Source of the DNA: Ornithinimicrobium sp.
GTDB taxonomy: Bacteria; Actinomycetota; Actinomycetes; Actinomycetales; Dermatophilaceae
Length of the DNA stretch: 64,000 bases
Assembly: GCA_049650845.1 (NCBI GenBank)
Contig: JBASAZ010000141.1
Coordinates: 12,072 to 76,071, forward strand
Direction: 5' to 3'
Of this stretch, positions 63,016 to 64,000 are shown piece after piece. The notes under the pieces were generated by a model. It saw only the letters and a program-made list of their open reading frames with translations, searched no databases and was not told where the DNA came from. A program made the position numbers and the translations under genes. Every line of letters begins with the position of its first letter. The first letter of the stretch is position 1.

Positions 63016-64000
63016 CTAGGTGCTCGTGACCAGCGGCCAGATCAACCCAGCAGCGAGCCCAACGGCCACGCTGCACCCCGCCGCTGCGACGGCCGTGCCC
63101 CCGGCCCACCGGCGCGTGGTCGCCTGAGGCTGGGGACCGCCCTCCACCGGTGCTCGAAACGGTTGGGCGAACCACCGCAGGTAGTAGTACAGGCTGAGCA
63201 GCGTGTTCAGCAGCACCACCACGACCAACCACGCCGCACCGGCGTCCCAGGCGACGATCACGACGGCGAGTTTGCCGATGAACACCGACGTCGGTGGCGT
63301 GCCGAGCAGGCCCAACAGGGCGATAACCAGGGCAAAGGCGAGCCATCGATGGCTGCGCGCAAGTCCCCGGTAGTCCTCGAGGCTGCGATGCTGCGGGAGA
63401 GCGGCCGTGACCGCGAAGGCGGCCACGTTGGTCACCGTGTATGCGCACAGGTAGATCAGCAGCGCTGGGGCGGCCACCTCGGATCTGGAGGCCATCGCCA
63501 CCGGCACCAGCAGATAACCGACCTGACTGACGGTCGACCACCCCAACAGGCGGCGCGGGTCATCTTGCGCGAAGGCGGCGAGGTTGCCCAGTGTCATCGA
63601 TGCCGTAGCCAGCAACGCCATCAGCAACGGCCACGCAAGGGCCTCCGGCAACACGAGCGCCACCCGGAAGACCGCGATCACCGCGCCGATCTTCGGGATC
63701 GTCGTGACGAAGGTCGCCGCGGTGGCACTGGCGCCTTGAGCGGCGTCCGGCACCCAGAAGTGAGCTGGCACTCCCCCCGCTTTGAACATCAAGCCAGTCA
63801 AGATCGCCAGCGCGCCTGCGGCCACGGCCGTGGCCGGGGCCTCGGGCAGCCGTTGCGCCAGCTCGGCATACCGTGTCTCGCCGCTGACGCCGTACAACAC
63901 CGTTACTCCCGCGAGCAGCACGATGCCGAACAGTGCCCCGAGCAGATACGTCTTCATGGCCGCTTCGGCGCTGCGCGCGCTGCGCGACATTCCGATCAGG
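63016..64000 (-). CDS. NuoN/MrpD-like proton-conducting membrane subunit, N-terminus outside the window
   Basis: The frame is open to the window end. KAGGVPAHFWVPDAAQGA, LGWSTVSQVGYLL and other NADH-quinone oxidoreductase chain N / antiporter-like motifs. Confidence 0.7.
   Translation of the reverse strand, partial: LIGMSRSARSAEAAMKTYLLGALFGIVLLAGVTVLYGVSGETRYAELAQRLPEAPATAVAAGALAILTGLMFKAGGVPAHFWVPDAAQGASATAATFVTTIPKIGAVIAVFRVALVLPEALAWPLLMALLATASMTLGNLAAFAQDDPRRLLGWSTVSQVGYLLVPVAMASRSEVAAPALLIYLCAYTVTNVAAFAVTAALPQHRSLEDYRGLARSHRWLAFALVIALLGLLGTPPTSVFIGKLAVVIVAWDAGAAWLVVVVLLNTLLSLYYYLRWFAQPFRAPVEGGPQPQATTRRWAGGTAVAAAGCSVAVGLAAGLIWPLVTST

Noticed and set aside
1-64000. Search for tRNA, rRNA, CRISPR arrays, IS elements, integrases and prophage genes.
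   Set aside because: I saw no T-loop/anticodon-arm-like sequences outside CDSs, no regularly spaced repeats of 24 bp or longer with unique spacers, and no transposase or recombinase motifs in any frame. The only tandem repeats are the 18-bp and 24-bp arrays reported above, and they have no spacers.

Overview
High-GC (roughly 70%) chromosomal segment from an Actinomycetota genome. Supporting hallmarks are an LldD2-type lactate dehydrogenase, a SARP regulator, a ydaO-class riboswitch ahead of an NlpC/P60 hydrolase, an Rv1277/Rv1278-like phosphoesterase/ATPase pair, and several apparently leaderless regulators. I support about 56 protein genes. I found no rRNA, tRNA, CRISPR array, transposase, integrase or prophage genes. 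Gene content from left to right: (1) homoprotocatechuate meta-cleavage genes (ALDH, FAH/HpaG-like, hpaD, hpaE); (2) an MBL-hydrolase gene remnant, a methyltransferase and an aldo/keto reductase; (3) a lactate/glycolate block (lldD, IclR regulator, glcDEF, LctP permease, malate synthase A); (4) a TetR + ABC-2 efflux operon and a TetR/quinone-oxidoreductase divergon; (5) a loosely organised accessory-looking stretch at 21.8-31 kb (small secreted peptide, LuxR/GAF-like regulator, CFA-synthase-like methyltransferase, secreted Cys-containing protein, two more methyltransferases, a 953-aa SARP/NB-ARC/TPR regulator, a GT2 glycosyltransferase); (6) a complete actinobacterial L-rhamnose locus (rhaB, rhaEW-type aldolase/dehydrogenase fusion, rhaI, 4-gene ABC importer, LacI regulator); (7) a GH13 enzyme, a DUF1499 protein and an amino-acid ABC importer; (8) an ArsR-SRPBCC operon, a YihY protein, and an ADP-forming acyl-CoA synthetase coupled to an AcuI/YhdH reductase; (9) cell-wall genes (AMIN-like lipoprotein, NlpC/P60 behind a c-di-AMP riboswitch); (10) an SbcCD-like pair, two crcB genes, two CNNM/CBS proteins and a truncated NuoN-like gene. 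The most notable non-genic signals are the c-di-AMP riboswitch, two loci where the stop-codon-containing 3' end of a gene is tandemly duplicated in frame (4 x 18 bp and 2 x 24 bp), and perfect palindromic operators placed inside promoters of leaderless regulator genes. I did not find a clearly new multi-gene system. The best candidates for uncharacterised biology are the orphan SARP/methyltransferase/secreted-protein cluster and the secreted-peptide/LuxR divergon. All functional calls come from motif and family recognition by eye, with no database searches.
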